Source of the DNA: Macrostomum lignano
Taxonomy: Eukaryota
Length of the DNA: 64,000 nt
Reading direction: 5' to 3'
Assembly: GCA_002269645.1 (NCBI GenBank)
Contig: NIVC01000012.1
Location: forward strand, 62,001 to 126,000
Shown here: positions 50,301 through 62,519 of the stretch, piece after piece
Layout: every line of letters begins with the position of its first letter
Numbering within the stretch: position 1 is the stretch's first letter
The notes under the pieces: model-generated
Seen by the model: the letters and a program-made list of their open reading frames with translations, nothing else
What the model was told of the DNA's origin: nothing
The model's database searches: none
Translations under genes and position numbers: made by a program

Positions 50301-53300
50301 GCATCAGCTAGCCGAGATGAGGCATCAAATGCAGATGGCAGTTGGCCAGAAAGCGAAAGAAGTGAAAAGAACTTATCGCCATGCCAGCAGAATTGTCAAG
50401 ATTGTGTGCTCCGTACTGTCCCTGGCTGTGTTCTCCATCACCCTGCTGCTGTCCATCTCATTCTACAAAAAGTACATGCGGGTTGACGAGTTTGAGAACA
50501 ACTTCGTCACGGCTCCGTTTCTTAGGTAACACGCGTCTCTGTGGTCCCTTGATTTCTCGATGAATTCGATCCACTCTCCCTTGATTTCTCTATGAATTCG
50601 ATCCCCTCTCCCTTGATTTCTCTTGCCATTGCTGAAGATTTATAGACCTCTTCTCCACTTCTTCTCCCTCTACCTTGCCTACCTCTACCTCTTCTACCTC
50701 TACCTTGCCTACCTCTACCTCTTCTACCTCTACCTTGCCTACCTCTACCTCTTCTACCTCTACCTTGCCTACCTCTACCTCTTCTACCTCTACCTCTTCT
50801 ACCTCTACCTTGCCTACCTCTACCTTGCCTACCTCTACCTTGCCTACCTCTACCTTGCCTACCTCTACCTTGCCTACCTCTACCTTGCCTACCTCTACCT
50901 TGCCTACCTCTACCTTGCCTACCTCTACCTTGCCTACCTCTACCTTGCCTACCTCTACCTTGCCTACCTCTACCTTGCCTACCTCTACCTTGCCTACCTC
51001 TACCTTGCCTACCTCTACCTTGCCTACCTCTACCTTGTATACTTCTTCTCTCTCCCCAGGCTAGAGGAACTGGAGCCTCCCCTTCTGCCGCTAGACGCGT
51101 ACGAGAAAACCCGAGTGTCAATTCTGGCCGAGAGCATGATCAGCGATGTAGTTCACCGACTAGGTGGCTCCGACCTGCTGCTAACGATAATCCGTCTGGT
51201 GCCCTTCATCCTGGTGATGGGTCTGGAGTGGATCTTTTATTCGATGGCCTATTTCATGGAACAGAAATGGAATCGAGCGATTAAAATTGAGAGAAATATT
51301 GATACTAGACTTACGCTGAAGGCTGCAAAGGATCTGGCTGAGACCAGTCCCATGGCTCTGCTGCTGACAATTATAATTCACATGCAGGTGAGTCTCTAAT
51401 AACACACCCCAACCTACTCTCCGCAGCCAAAATTATGGATTCACAGAGATCCAGCATTTTACTCTCGTACTTTGCTCACAGAAAGCGCTGAGAGAGATCA
51501 ACCTAGATATCAACGTATTGGCCTGTTCACCCAAAGCCACTAAACCCAATTGGGCACTCGATGCTCTGATTGGAGGCCTAATGCTACTTTACACTCTGCT
51601 CACCCTGTTTGGCCCGTTCTTCTTGAAGCTCAGGCATCATATCATGCTGGAACTGGAACCGGCGAGGGCTGTTCAACGAGCCGTCTGGTATGTTTGCTCT
51701 GGAGGGATACCAAGCCACCACCCCAATCACGCTCTCAGCTCTGCCACCACCCCAAACCCACCACCCCGATCACGCTCTCAGCTCTGCCACCACCCCAAAC
51801 CCACCACCCCGATCACGCTCTCAGCTCTGCCACCACCCCAAACCCACCACCCCGATCACGCTCTCAGCTCTGCCACCACCCCAAACCCACCACCCCGATC
51901 ACGCTCTCAGCTCTGCCTCCACCCCAAACCCACCACCCCAAACCCACCACCCCAAACCCACCACCCCAAACCCACCACCCCAATCACGCTCTCAGCTCTG
52001 CCACCACCCAAACCCACCACACCCCAATCACACTTTCGGCTCCGCCGCCACCCCAAACCCACCACACCCCAATCACACTCTTAGCTCCGCCGCCACCCCA
52101 GACCCACCACCCTAATCACACTTTCGGCTCCGCCGCCACTCCATACCCACCACCCCAATCACACTCTTAGCTCCGCCGCCACCCCATACCCACCACCCCA
52201 ATCACACTCTTAGCTCCGCCGCCACCCCATACCCACCACCCCAATCACACTCTTAGCTCCGCCGCCACCCGCATCCCACCGCTTGCAGGCTTCGCCGCCA
52301 AATCCAGGCAGACAGGGAGCTGTTACCATCCAATCGCGATCTTTTAAAAATGTCTCAATTCGAGCAAGACGACAGCAGCTTATCATTTCTATTCAACACT
52401 TACGTGAAGGAGGGCTTAAACAGTTGGATGGACTTGTTAAGATCTCTGTTTAATCTGCCGACAGTTCGCTGTATTCGATGCGGTATTCGGGGAAATTTGT
52501 CCATGCCAAATTTTAACGAATTTTTCACCGTCTGCGACTCGTGCCAAAACAGCATCTGCGCGCCGTGCGCCCACTACACAGACAGAAAAGGATTGGTTAA
52601 GCTCAGGGAGAGCTGCCCGCACTGCGGACTCAAGATGGACGATGTAAGTGCCTTAAGAACCTATTTGACTTGACAAGGGAACCCGTCTAGGTTTAAAACT
52701 GATAAAATTGTTCATAACTGGCAGTAGCTTTATTGGAAAATGAGCACAAGGTATAGTATTTTTAGCAGGATATTTCAACTAAATGATTTTCAGCATGTTA
52801 CAAAAATTAAACTTTAAAAGAACTGTGATGAAGTGCCAAGGGAGTTGACCTCTGTTTTTGTGAGAGGCTATCTCAAGTACACAATGCTTCACAAGAACCA
52901 TAAACATTTCGTATTGTTGGAATCTGTTGAAAGGCGTTTCTACTCGTAGCTTAGTGGTCAGAGCGTCGGACTCACGACTGAAAGGTCGGGGGTTCGATTC
53001 CCGACCCACTTACTAAAATTTTTATCCTTGAGCAACACTAACTCTGCATTGCTTCAGTTCACTCAGCTGTAAACTGGGTGCCAGCATTAGCTGCACTGGG
53101 GTAACTGAGGGTGTGTGGCGACCCCCCAGTTCTTGGACTGAACAGCCGTACGCAGCCTTCAGATGCTCCGCGCAATAGCTGCGGCTGAGCTGTCGGTTGC
53201 ACATTGAGGAAGGTGTAATCAATTATTTCTGAAAATTGATTTATTATTCTATTAATACTAATTTGATTTATTAAATGCAGATAAAAAAGCAGATAGTTCG

Positions 53301-53614
53301 GAGTTAGCCCAAACCTTCAAGTTGCTGTACCGCAACTATAATTCCGATAGCACAACGAAGTAAACATATTTCACTTTCAACCCCAGGTTGAAGTGGACGC
53401 AGAAGAGATCGAAGACGAGGACCCGTTAGACGATATGCTGTTCAACTTCCTGGACCTCAGGCCTGGCTACAAAGTTGCCCGCTCAGCGCTGGCGGAGCAC
53501 CTGAAAGATATTCGAAACTACGAGGCCGAGAAGGCGAAAGAACCCGAGGGAAGCTTTCTGTCCACGCTAGGAGTTGACGCCACCATTAATCCAAATGCCA
53601 AGCCACGTCAGTGA
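47337..53614 (+). CDS. DC-STAMP domain protein (DCST1/2, sneaky, SPE-42/49 family) with C-terminal RING-like Cys cluster
   Basis: Exons 47337-47582, 47805-48119, 48819-49284 (possible 87-nt internal intron), 50162-50525, 51060-51387, 51482-51687, 52289-52643 and probably 53387-53614; all phase-consistent. GPATNLRSN..S.SC, YMRVDEFENNFVT, LLPLDAYEK, CSPKATKP, CIRCG..CDSC..CAPC..CPHC. An unspliced alternative stop lies at 52673. Confidence 0.78.
48180..48735. repeat. G-rich minisatellite of about 60 bp, intronic
   Basis: AAACACGCGATAAGCATCGGGGACTGGGGTGAATAAATGAGGGGTGGGGTTGGGGCC units. Confidence 0.92.
49345..50040. repeat. 42-bp minisatellite, intronic
   Basis: GGTTATGCTGTCTCTGGAGCTGTGATTGGTGGAGTCAAATTC units; ORFs 49301 and 49331 are artefacts. 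Confidence 0.93.
50665..51040. repeat. 15-bp minisatellite (CTCTACCTTGCCTAC), intronic
   Basis: Seen directly. Confidence 0.93.
51715..52270. repeat. C-rich minisatellite of about 43 bp, intronic
   Basis: CCACCACCCCAAACCCACCACCCCGATCACGCTCTCAGCTCTG units. Confidence 0.9.
52940..53230 (+). mobile_element. tRNA-derived SINE with CORE-like domain
   Basis: Box A TAGCTTAGTGG (52947), anticodon-like loop CTCACGA, box B GGTTCGATTCC (52991), no acceptor stem. Then CCTTGAGCAACACTAACTCTGCATTGCTTCAGTTCACTCAGCTGTAAACTGGG, resembling the MIR/CORE consensus (recalled). Confidence 0.7.
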
Positions 53615-54718
53615 ATTGAAAGACATCCCACGAAGTAGTACACTGTGCACTTTAGTAATGTTTTTTATTTTGCTTAACGTAAACAAAAGATGTAACAGAG
53701 CAACTCAACCAATATGTAGAACTAAGAAATAAATACATGCAGAAGACGTAAAAGTACTCGGTTCGACTCGGGTTTTTCTGAGAAATTCATGAGCCGGAGG
53801 TCGCTAAGGAGAAGAAGTCCAGAAATTGGATGTTTCTATAGCCTAGATCTCCGAATTTGTCAATGGCGGACGGAGGAACTCTCACACAGCGAGCTGTAGT
53901 CCCTTGAGGTGCTCACTGGGCCGCGGAGACCCCCAAGGCCCCAAGCCATCTACCATAGACTATTTCTTGCTTTCTACTTTGTAGTTTTGGCCATAGACAA
54001 CTCGTTTATCTATCCGACTGAGAAAAAGGTACATTGAGAAGACAGGTGGAGCACTAATTTTGCTCCAATTTTGTCCGTGCGTTCGAAAGTCTTTAGTTGC
54101 ATGCAATTTTCCTGAATTTTAGTTGATAATCTGATTTAGGCCACCTCGAGACAATTTTTTTGCTAATTTAAGGTCAATCGAAATTGGGTCTTTAAACATA
54201 TTGACAAACCAGTCACACACAAGCATAGAAAACAAACATCTAGAGCTCTATCCATTGCTTGTCAGTACGTTTAAAACGACTACAAAAATATACCGGTGTT
54301 ATTTTATTACATTTTCAAGTTTACACTATGTGATAACTTTGTTAAGCGAGGCAGAAGTGTGGAATTGCAGGAGTGAGTAAAAGGTGCTCGCTTGAGAGCT
54401 AGGCTGTTAACATTTATTATTAGCACTGAGGTGGTGGGTGCAGACAGATTCAAACGCGCGCATGGGGTGGGGTGGAATAAAATACAATCTCTAAGCCGAT
54501 CAATAACAACTCCACTGCTAGTGAGTCAACACTACAGTGCATGCAACCTATAGCAAAGTTCATCGTGTCACTATGTCACACACTACATGACTGACAGTAT
54601 CATATTCAGTTTGTTTATATTGAATTGGTCACTCCCAATCGCGATTCTTCATAGCCAGTAGGCTGTTCCAGTCGATGGACTGTCGTTCTTCGATGTTTTC
54701 CAGTTTGGTCTCTGTCTT

Positions 54719-56276
54719 CTAGAACCCGTCGCCTTTTAGAATTTCGTTGTTATTGTTGAATTTTCCGGACTGGCCTCCGACAGCTAGGGTTTCTGCGACA
54801 GGGTGATCTGTGGGAGTGCAAAGTGCAATGATATTCTAATGAGCTTGCAGATTTTGTGGAGCTGGGGTGGGTGCTGGGGGTGGGTGCTGGGGTTGGGTGC
54901 TAGAGGGGTGGGTGCTGGGGTGGGTGCTAGAGGGGTGGGTGCTAGAGGGGTGGGTGCTGGAGGGGTGGGTGCTGGGGGTGGGTGCTAGAGGGGTGGGTGC
55001 TAGAGGGGTAGGTGCTAGAGGGGTGGGTGCTGGGGGTGGGTGCTAGAGGGGTAGGTGCTAGAGGGGTGGGTGCTGGGGGTGGGTGCTGGGGGTGGGTGCT
55101 GGGGGTGGGTGCTGGGGTGGGTGCTGGGGTGGGTGCTCAAAGTTTAAATGTGCCTGAGAACCGGGTTATAAAGTAGATTTACAGTTATTATTAAATCAGA
55201 ATCGAGTACTGAAGTAGTCGGTTCTTAACTCACCAGCAGTGAGCATATTTTGAAAAGCATTGGTGCTGCTCATCCTCAGCTTCAGCAGCACCTTCATCAG
55301 CAGCAGCTTGGCGCGAGTGCTCGCCGGAAGCGAGGCGGACTCGACTAGGAAGTCGGTCATGGAGATCAGCAGTTCTTCAGTTTTTGCTTCAGTTTGAGCT
55401 TCAGTTTTTTGGGAAATTTTGGTTGAAAAATTGCTTTTAACTGTAATTTTTGTAGCCAGGGAATGCCAGTAATGTCTGCTCTGCCCTTCTGTCTGACTGT
55501 CTCTGACTGTCTTTGGTTGTCTCTGACTCTCTCTCACTGTCTCTGACTGTCCCTGACTCTCTCTCACTGTCTCTGACTGTCTTTGACTGTCTCTGACTCT
55601 CTCTGACTCTTTCTGACTCTCTCTGACTCTCTCTGACTCTCTCTGACTGTCTCTGACTGTCTCTGACTTTCTGACTCTCGCTGACTCTCTCTGACTGTCT
55701 CTGACTCTCTCTGACTCTCTCTGACTCTCTCTGACTCTCTCTGACTCTCTCTGACTGTCTCTGACTCTCTCTGACTCTCTCTGACTCTCTCTGACTTTCT
55801 GACTCTCCCTGACTCTCTCTGACTGTCTCTGACTTTCTGACTCTCCCTGACTCTCCCTGACTCTCTCTGACTGTCTCTGACTTTCTGACTCTCTCTGACT
55901 CTCTCTGACTCTCTCTGACTGTCTCTGACTGTCCCTGACTCTCTCTCACTGTCTCTGACTGTCTCTGACTCTCTCTGACTCTCTCTGACTCTTTCTGACT
56001 CTCTCTGACTCTCTCTGACTGTCTCTGACTCTCTCTGACTCTCTCTGACTTTCTGACTCTCCCTGACTCTCTCTGACTGTCTCTGACTGTCTCTGACTTT
56101 CTGACTCTCTCTGACTGTCTCTGACTCTTACTACTGGGTCTCACTGACCCTCACTGACTTTCTCTATCAGTTAACTCACCTCCTTCGACTCTCTCGAGTT
56201 CAGCGGAACCAGCAACGACAGGAAATATCACCAGAACAGAAGCGACCACAAGCAGTGCGGCAGTTGAGGAATGCAT
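54719..56276 (-). CDS. Hypothetical small secreted/membrane protein (125 aa, 3 exons)
   Basis: Exons 56276-56180 (MHSSTAALLVVASVLVIFPVVAGS, signal-peptide-like), 55440-55234 and 54792-54719. GT-AG with GTGAGT donors and phase-consistent; no family recognised. Confidence 0.5.
54860..55138. repeat. G-rich 14-15 bp repeat (GGGTGGGTGCTAGAG)
   Basis: Seen directly. Confidence 0.9.
55490..56130. repeat. 10-bp repeat (CTGACTCTCT)
   Basis: Seen directly; ORF 55437..56144 is an artefact. Confidence 0.92.
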
Positions 56277-56564
56277 GCTGAGGCCTCTCGAACTGGTGAA
56301 ATTTTCTATCTACCTGTATGGGATCTACCTATCTTTGAAAATTGCATGTAACGCCTAAAAATATAACCTTGTTCTCACTGCAAAATAAATGGCATTAATA
56401 AACCTCCAATTATCTAAGTCTATGACGTCATTGCTGGCAAATCACTCACTGCATCAAGCATATTTTTCCCAGTATTCTTTCTCAAATCTCATATCTCACA
56501 TCAAGCATGTGGTGGTCTCATTCTCTTTCTTATAATCTCATCTCATGTGATCTATTGCAATCTC

Positions 56565-56720
56565 ACCTCACCTCACCTCACCTCACCTCACCTCACCTCA
56601 CCTCACCTCACCTCACCTCACCTCAACTCACCTCACCTCACCTCACCTCACCTCACCTCACCTCACCTCACCTCACCTCACCTCACCTCACCTCACCTCA
56701 CCTCACCTCACCTCACCTCA
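56565..56720. repeat. (CACCT)n microsatellite
   Basis: Seen directly. Confidence 0.93.
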
Positions 56721-57013
56721 CCCCACCTCACCTCACCTCAGATGGTTGGTTTCTCTATCATCTCACTTCAAAATTATAATGCAAAAAATAACGGATAACG
56801 GAACGACAATACCATTACACGACATTCCAAAGACAATAAAAAGTCCAGAGACCGACGCGCCCTACAGCATGGCGTATGATAATAAGTGTTCTATTTGTAA
56901 TACACAGCCTTGCACCGATCTTTCGACTAAAATTCAAGTACTTTAAATCAAGTGAGACACAACAATAATGCAAGATAAAGCATCTCCAAATTCTAAAAAC
57001 GAGTTCTAATCAA

Positions 57014-60000
57014 TCACACGAGAGCTATTGCCAACTTCCATCTCTCCGTATTGTAGAGCAAAATTAGCAGACCACCTGAAATACGTGGGTTGGGAGTATA
57101 GGACCTAATATCCCTGCATCTCTTTAAACCCCAACCCTGTGTCTTTATATTTACGAACTATCTGAGTAGTCATTGGTACTATCTACTAGAGACCACAATC
57201 TACAATTGGCAATCTACAGTCTACAATTTAAGTAAATCTACAATCTACAATCTACAATCTACAATCTACAATCTACAATTTACAATCTACAATCTACAAT
57301 CTACAATCTACAATCTACAATCTACAATCTACAATCTACAATCTACAATCTACAATCTACAATCTAAAATCTACAATCTAAAATCTTCAATCTAGAATCT
57401 ACAATCTACAATCTACAATTTACAATCTACAATCTACAATCTACAATTTACTATCTACAATCTACAATCTACAGTCTACAATCTACAATCTACAATCTAC
57501 AATCTACAATACACAATACACAATCTACAATCTACAATCTACAATCTACAATTTACTATCTACAATCTACAATCTGCAGTCTACAATCTACGTAAAACTA
57601 CAATCTACAATCTACAATACACAATACACAATCTACAATCTACAATCTACAATCTACAATCTACAATTTACTATCTACAATCTACAATCTACAGTCTACA
57701 ATCTACAATCTACAATCTACAATCTACAATACACAATACACAATCTACAATCTACAATCTACAATCTACAATCTACAATTTACTATCTACAATCTACAAT
57801 CTACAGTCTACAATCTACGTAAAACTACAATCTACAATCTACAATACACAATACACAATCTACAATCTACAATCTACAATCTACAATCTACAATTTACTA
57901 TCTACAATCTACAATCTACAATCTACAATCTACAATCTACAATTTACAATTTACAATCTACAATCTACAATTTACTATCTACAATCTAAAATCTACAGTC
58001 TACAATCTACAATCTACAATCTACAATCTACAATACACAATACACAATCTACAATCTACAATCTACAATCTACAATCTACAATTTACTATCTACAATCTA
58101 CAATCTACAGTCTACAATCTACGTAAAACTACAATCTACAATCTACAATACACAATACACAATCTACAATCTACAATCTACAATCTACAATCTACAATTT
58201 ACTATCTACAATCTACAATCTACAGTCTACAATCTACGTAAAACAACAACCTACAATCTACAATCTACAATCTACAATCTACAATCTACAATCTACAATC
58301 TACCACTGCCAGTCGTCAATCCACCCACCAATGCCGGAGGTGACGGCAGTCAGCACCAGAATGCCAGTCCAGCCGAGCGCCCCGAGGCCGGCTGTGGTCA
58401 CTGCGGCAATCAGAGCTCCGGCCACCGCCTTAAACAGGAAGACCAGGCCGTAGACTTGGGCAAACAGCGCGCTGCCGTACAACTTCTCAACCGAGTAGGG
58501 GAAGAACACGAACACTCCGGCGAATACAAAATTCACTGAGCAGACGAGGATAAAGTAGAGCGCAGGGTGCGTCAGCGCTGACAGTGGGGTCAATGCGTGC
58601 AGGGCTGCTAAAAGGAGGCCTTGAATTAGGACGCAGACCTGCAACAGTTTGTTAAATATTGTTGCGTCTGAAGCCTTTAGCTTTTCTGTCTGTCGTTTTC
58701 AGCGTTGTTGGTTTGGGGTTGTTGGTCTGAGAGGGGTTGTTGGTCTGAGAGGGGTTGTTGGTCTGAGGGGAGTTGTTGGTCTGAGGGGAGTTGTTGGTCT
58801 GAGGGGAGTTGTTGGTCTGAGGGGAGTTGTTGGTCTGAGGGGGTTGTTGGTCTGAGGGGGTTGTTGGTCTGAGGGGGGTTGTTGGTCTGAGGGGGGTTGT
58901 TGGTTTGAGGGGGTTGTTGATTTGGGGGGTTGTTGGCTTGGTGGTTGTTGGTTTGGGGTTGTTGATTTGGGGGATTGTTGGTTTGGTGGTTGTTGATTTG
59001 GGGGGTTGTTGGCTTGGTGGTTGTTGATTTGGGGGGTTGTTGATTTGGGGTTTTGGCATAAAAAACTTTGGCAAAGAAAGCCGCACGGAACGCAGCTCTC
59101 ACGCGGAAGTGCAGCCGGTCAATCACAATGCCAGCCACCAATCGGCCGAATGCGTTGAAAGCTCCACCGATTCCGGCCATGACTGACAGCAGCATGTCGT
59201 TCGAGATAAACGTCTCCCCGTAAGCCTGCGCAGTAGGAGTGCGGTAAATGGTTTGGAGTGAGACTTAATGATGGTTTGGAGTGAGACTTAATGATGGTTT
59301 GGAGTGAGACTTAATGATGGTTTGGAGAGTGACTTAATAATGGTTTGGAGAGTGACTTAATAATGGTTTGGAGTGTGACTTATTGAAGGTTTGGAGTGAG
59401 ACTTAATGATGGTTTGGAGAGTGACTTAATGATGGTTTGGAGTGTGACTTAATGATGGTTTGGAGTGAGACTTAATGATGGTTTGGAGTGAGACTTAATG
59501 ATGGTTTGGAGTGTGACTTAATGATGGTTTGGAGAGTGACTTGATAATGGTTTGGAGTGAGACTTAATGATGGTTTGGAGTGAGACTTAATAATGGTTTG
59601 GAGTGTGACTTAATAATGGTTTGAAGAGTGATTTAATGATGGTTTGGAGAGTGACTTAATAATGGTTTGGAGAGTGACTTAATAATGGTTTGGAGAGTGA
59701 CTTAATAATGGTTTGGAGTGTGATTTAATAATGGTTTGGAGAGTGACTTAATAATGGTTTGGAGTGTGACTTAATAATTGTTTGGAGAGTGACTTAATAA
59801 TGGTTTGGAGTGTGACTTAATAATGGTTTGGAGAGTGACTTGATAATGGTTTGGAGAGTGACTTAATAATGGTTTGGAGAGTGACTTAATAATGGTTTGG
59901 AGAGTGACTTAATAATGGTTTGGAGAGTGACTTAATAATGGTTTGGAGTGTGATTTAATAATTGTTTGGAGTGTGATTTAATAATGGTTTGGAGTGTGAC

Positions 60001-62276
60001 TTAATATTGGTTTGGAGAGTGACTTAATAATGGTTTGGAGAGTGACTTAATAATGGTTTGGAGAGTGACTTAATAATGGTTTGGAGTGAGACTTAATAAT
60101 GGTTTGGAGAGTGACTTAATAATGGTTTGGAGAGTGACTTAATAATGGTTTGGAGAGTGATTTAATGATGGTTTGGAGTGAGACTTAATAATGGTTTGGA
60201 GAGTGACTTAATAATGGTTTGGAGTGAGACTTAATAATGGTTTGGAGAGTGACTTAATAATGGTTTGGAGTGTGACTTAATAATGGTTTGGAGAGTGATT
60301 TAATAATGGTTTGGAGAGTGACCTAATAATGATTTGGAGTGTGACTGAGTGGTTTTGCGAGTGTCGGGATTGAGTGGGTGAAAATTCACTAGCTACCGTA
60401 GCAGTAAACAAAATCCGGCACCTTGTCCAAGGAAGGTAGCACAATGCTGGCGGGCGTCAGGAAAAATATGCTTAATCCCATGACAAAGAAAGGCAACGAT
60501 TGCACGGCCGAGTGCAGAGTCCATTGCGTAGCAGCCGCCTCTTGCTCTTCCTCGGAGGCTGGGATGGGTGAGTCAGGCTTTGGAGCAGCTTGAGCAGTTC
60601 CAGACTCATCAATCAGCATGGTGCCTTCACCCGCTTGTTGATCTGATCCAGACTGACTTCTGGCTTCTGGCTTTCTACGGATAAAACCGATGCACAGAAG
60701 CTGAACCGAAGCGTAGATTGCCGACATGATGAAGAACGAATGTGGCGTTCGGCTTGTCACCTCGTGCTGTGAAGTTCACGTGTAAGTAATTCTGGATTTT
60801 ATGCGCTTCGAATTTAAACTAGGCGTAGCTATATCACGACTTGGTAGATGTTACACGATAGATTTGGTAGATGTTACACTATAGATTTGGTAGATGTTAC
60901 ACTATAGATTTGGTAGATGTTACACTCGACTTGGTAGATGTTACACGATAGATTTGGTAGATGTTACACTATAGATTTGGTAGATGTTACACGATAGATT
61001 TGGTAGATGTTACACTAGATTTGGTAGATGTTACACGATAGATTTGGTAGATGTTACACTATAGATTTGGTAGATGTTACACTATAGATTTGGTAGATGT
61101 TACACTATAGATTTGGTAGATGTTACACTATAGATTTGGTAGATGTTACACTATAGATTTGGTAGATGTTTCACTCGACTTGGTAGATGTTACACGATAG
61201 ATTTGGTAGATGTTACACTATAGATTTGGTAGATGTTACACGATAGATTTGGCAGATGTTACACTAGATTTGGTAGATGTTACACGATAGATTTGGTAGT
61301 TTCGCACACAGAGTGTACGTGCCTGACGATTAGAAAGTCGGGGCCGCTGTACACCCTGAGTGAGCGTGTGTGAGTTCGTGCCTGCTTTCAGTATTGACCC
61401 GCTTGTGTGTGGTCAGGAGTCAGCGGACGGAATGGGCAGAATTGTAAAATTTCAAAGAACTTTCCAACCTGTGAAAAGAGGCGATCATTGCCGATTCTCA
61501 AATCCGGTGTCAAATTCTCCGGATTTATTATCTTGGACTGTATGGGCAGGAAGACGATTGCACCGGCTGCGAAACTGCTCACGAGGATGCCAGTGATCAG
61601 GCCTTTGCTTTCGTCTGTCCACTGAAATTTACAAGTTGGTTCGAGACAAATGAGTCAAACAGTAACAGTACATAATTAGGGTTTATTTCAGGTGTGACTT
61701 AATTAGTTTTAGGTGTATCTTGATTAGTTTCAGGTATGTCTGGATTAGTTTCAGGTGTGTCTTGATTAGTCTCAGGTGTGTCCTTATTATTTTTAGGTGC
61801 GATGCGTCTTAATTAGTTTCAGATTAGTTTTAGGTTTTTATTAGTTAATTAGTTTCAGATTAGTTTAAGGTTTTTATTAGTTAATTAGTTATAATTAGTT
61901 TAATTAGTTTTAGGTGTGTCTTAGTTAGTCATTAGTTTCAGATAAGCTAAAACAAACATTCGTAGGTAAAATATCAATGAAGCTGACGACAGTACATTGA
62001 GTTTTAACTTCATATAGCTTTGAATATAGCCTTAGATACACATAAAATGTTCAGTTTCCATGACAGCCTTAAAACCGAAAAAGTTGAACTGTCAGTAAAC
62101 CAAGATTACAGTTTTTCTAAGCAACTACTAACAGTAAGCCCGCTCTCACCGATGTGACGCTCTCCAAAATCAATGCGTACGCGAGGCCTTGTCCGAAACC
62201 GAATATTGCTCCGCTGGTCAGAATCACCAGGCCAATTGAAACGGCTACAGTCAGACCGGTGAGACAGGTGCCCAGG
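57014..62276 (-). CDS. Major facilitator superfamily transporter (oxalate:formate antiporter-like); 5' exons not identified, probably beyond the window
   Basis: Exons 62276-62150, 61621-61469, 60766-60422, 59225-59103, 58638-58329 and 57075-57014 are phase-consistent. GAIFGFGQGLAY, WTDESKGLITG, IQSKIINPEN, FNAFGRLVAGIVIDR, VEKLYGS..FAQVYGLVF. Confidence 0.8.
57235..58302. repeat. (TACAATC)n 7-bp repeat, about 1.1 kb, intronic
   Basis: Seen directly. Confidence 0.95.
58710..59050. repeat. G/T-rich repeat of about 18 bp, intronic
   Basis: GGGGTTGTTGGTCTGAG-type units. Confidence 0.9.
59250..60345. repeat. 23-bp minisatellite (TAATGGTTTGGAGAGTGACTTAA), intronic
   Basis: Seen directly. Confidence 0.95.
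60835..61300. repeat. 23-bp minisatellite (TAGATTTGGTAGATGTTACACTA), intronic
   Basis: Seen directly. Confidence 0.93.
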
Positions 62277-62519
62277 CTGCGGGGTGATGAGCCGGTAGGT
62301 GAGTATGCTCAACTAGTAAGCTACTTAGATTCGAAGGGGAGAACGCATAGCGCTGAATGGGGTTCCCCCATGGAAAAATTCGTTCGGGAAAAATCCGCAA
62401 TAGAAAAATCTGATTTCTCGAGAGCAGGGGTCGGCTTTTACTTTTTTTAGGAGCCGGATAGAGAATGCAGCTCATGGCTGTGGGCCAGCGGAGTGGAGAC
62501 AGAAGAGGGAATAAAGCAG

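Noticed and set aside
52941-53010. tRNA-Val gene
   Set aside because: No acceptor stem and an imperfect anticodon stem; it continues into a SINE body.
53281-53359. Extra DCST exon
   Set aside because: 79 nt and not phase-compatible with its neighbours; it would introduce a stop.
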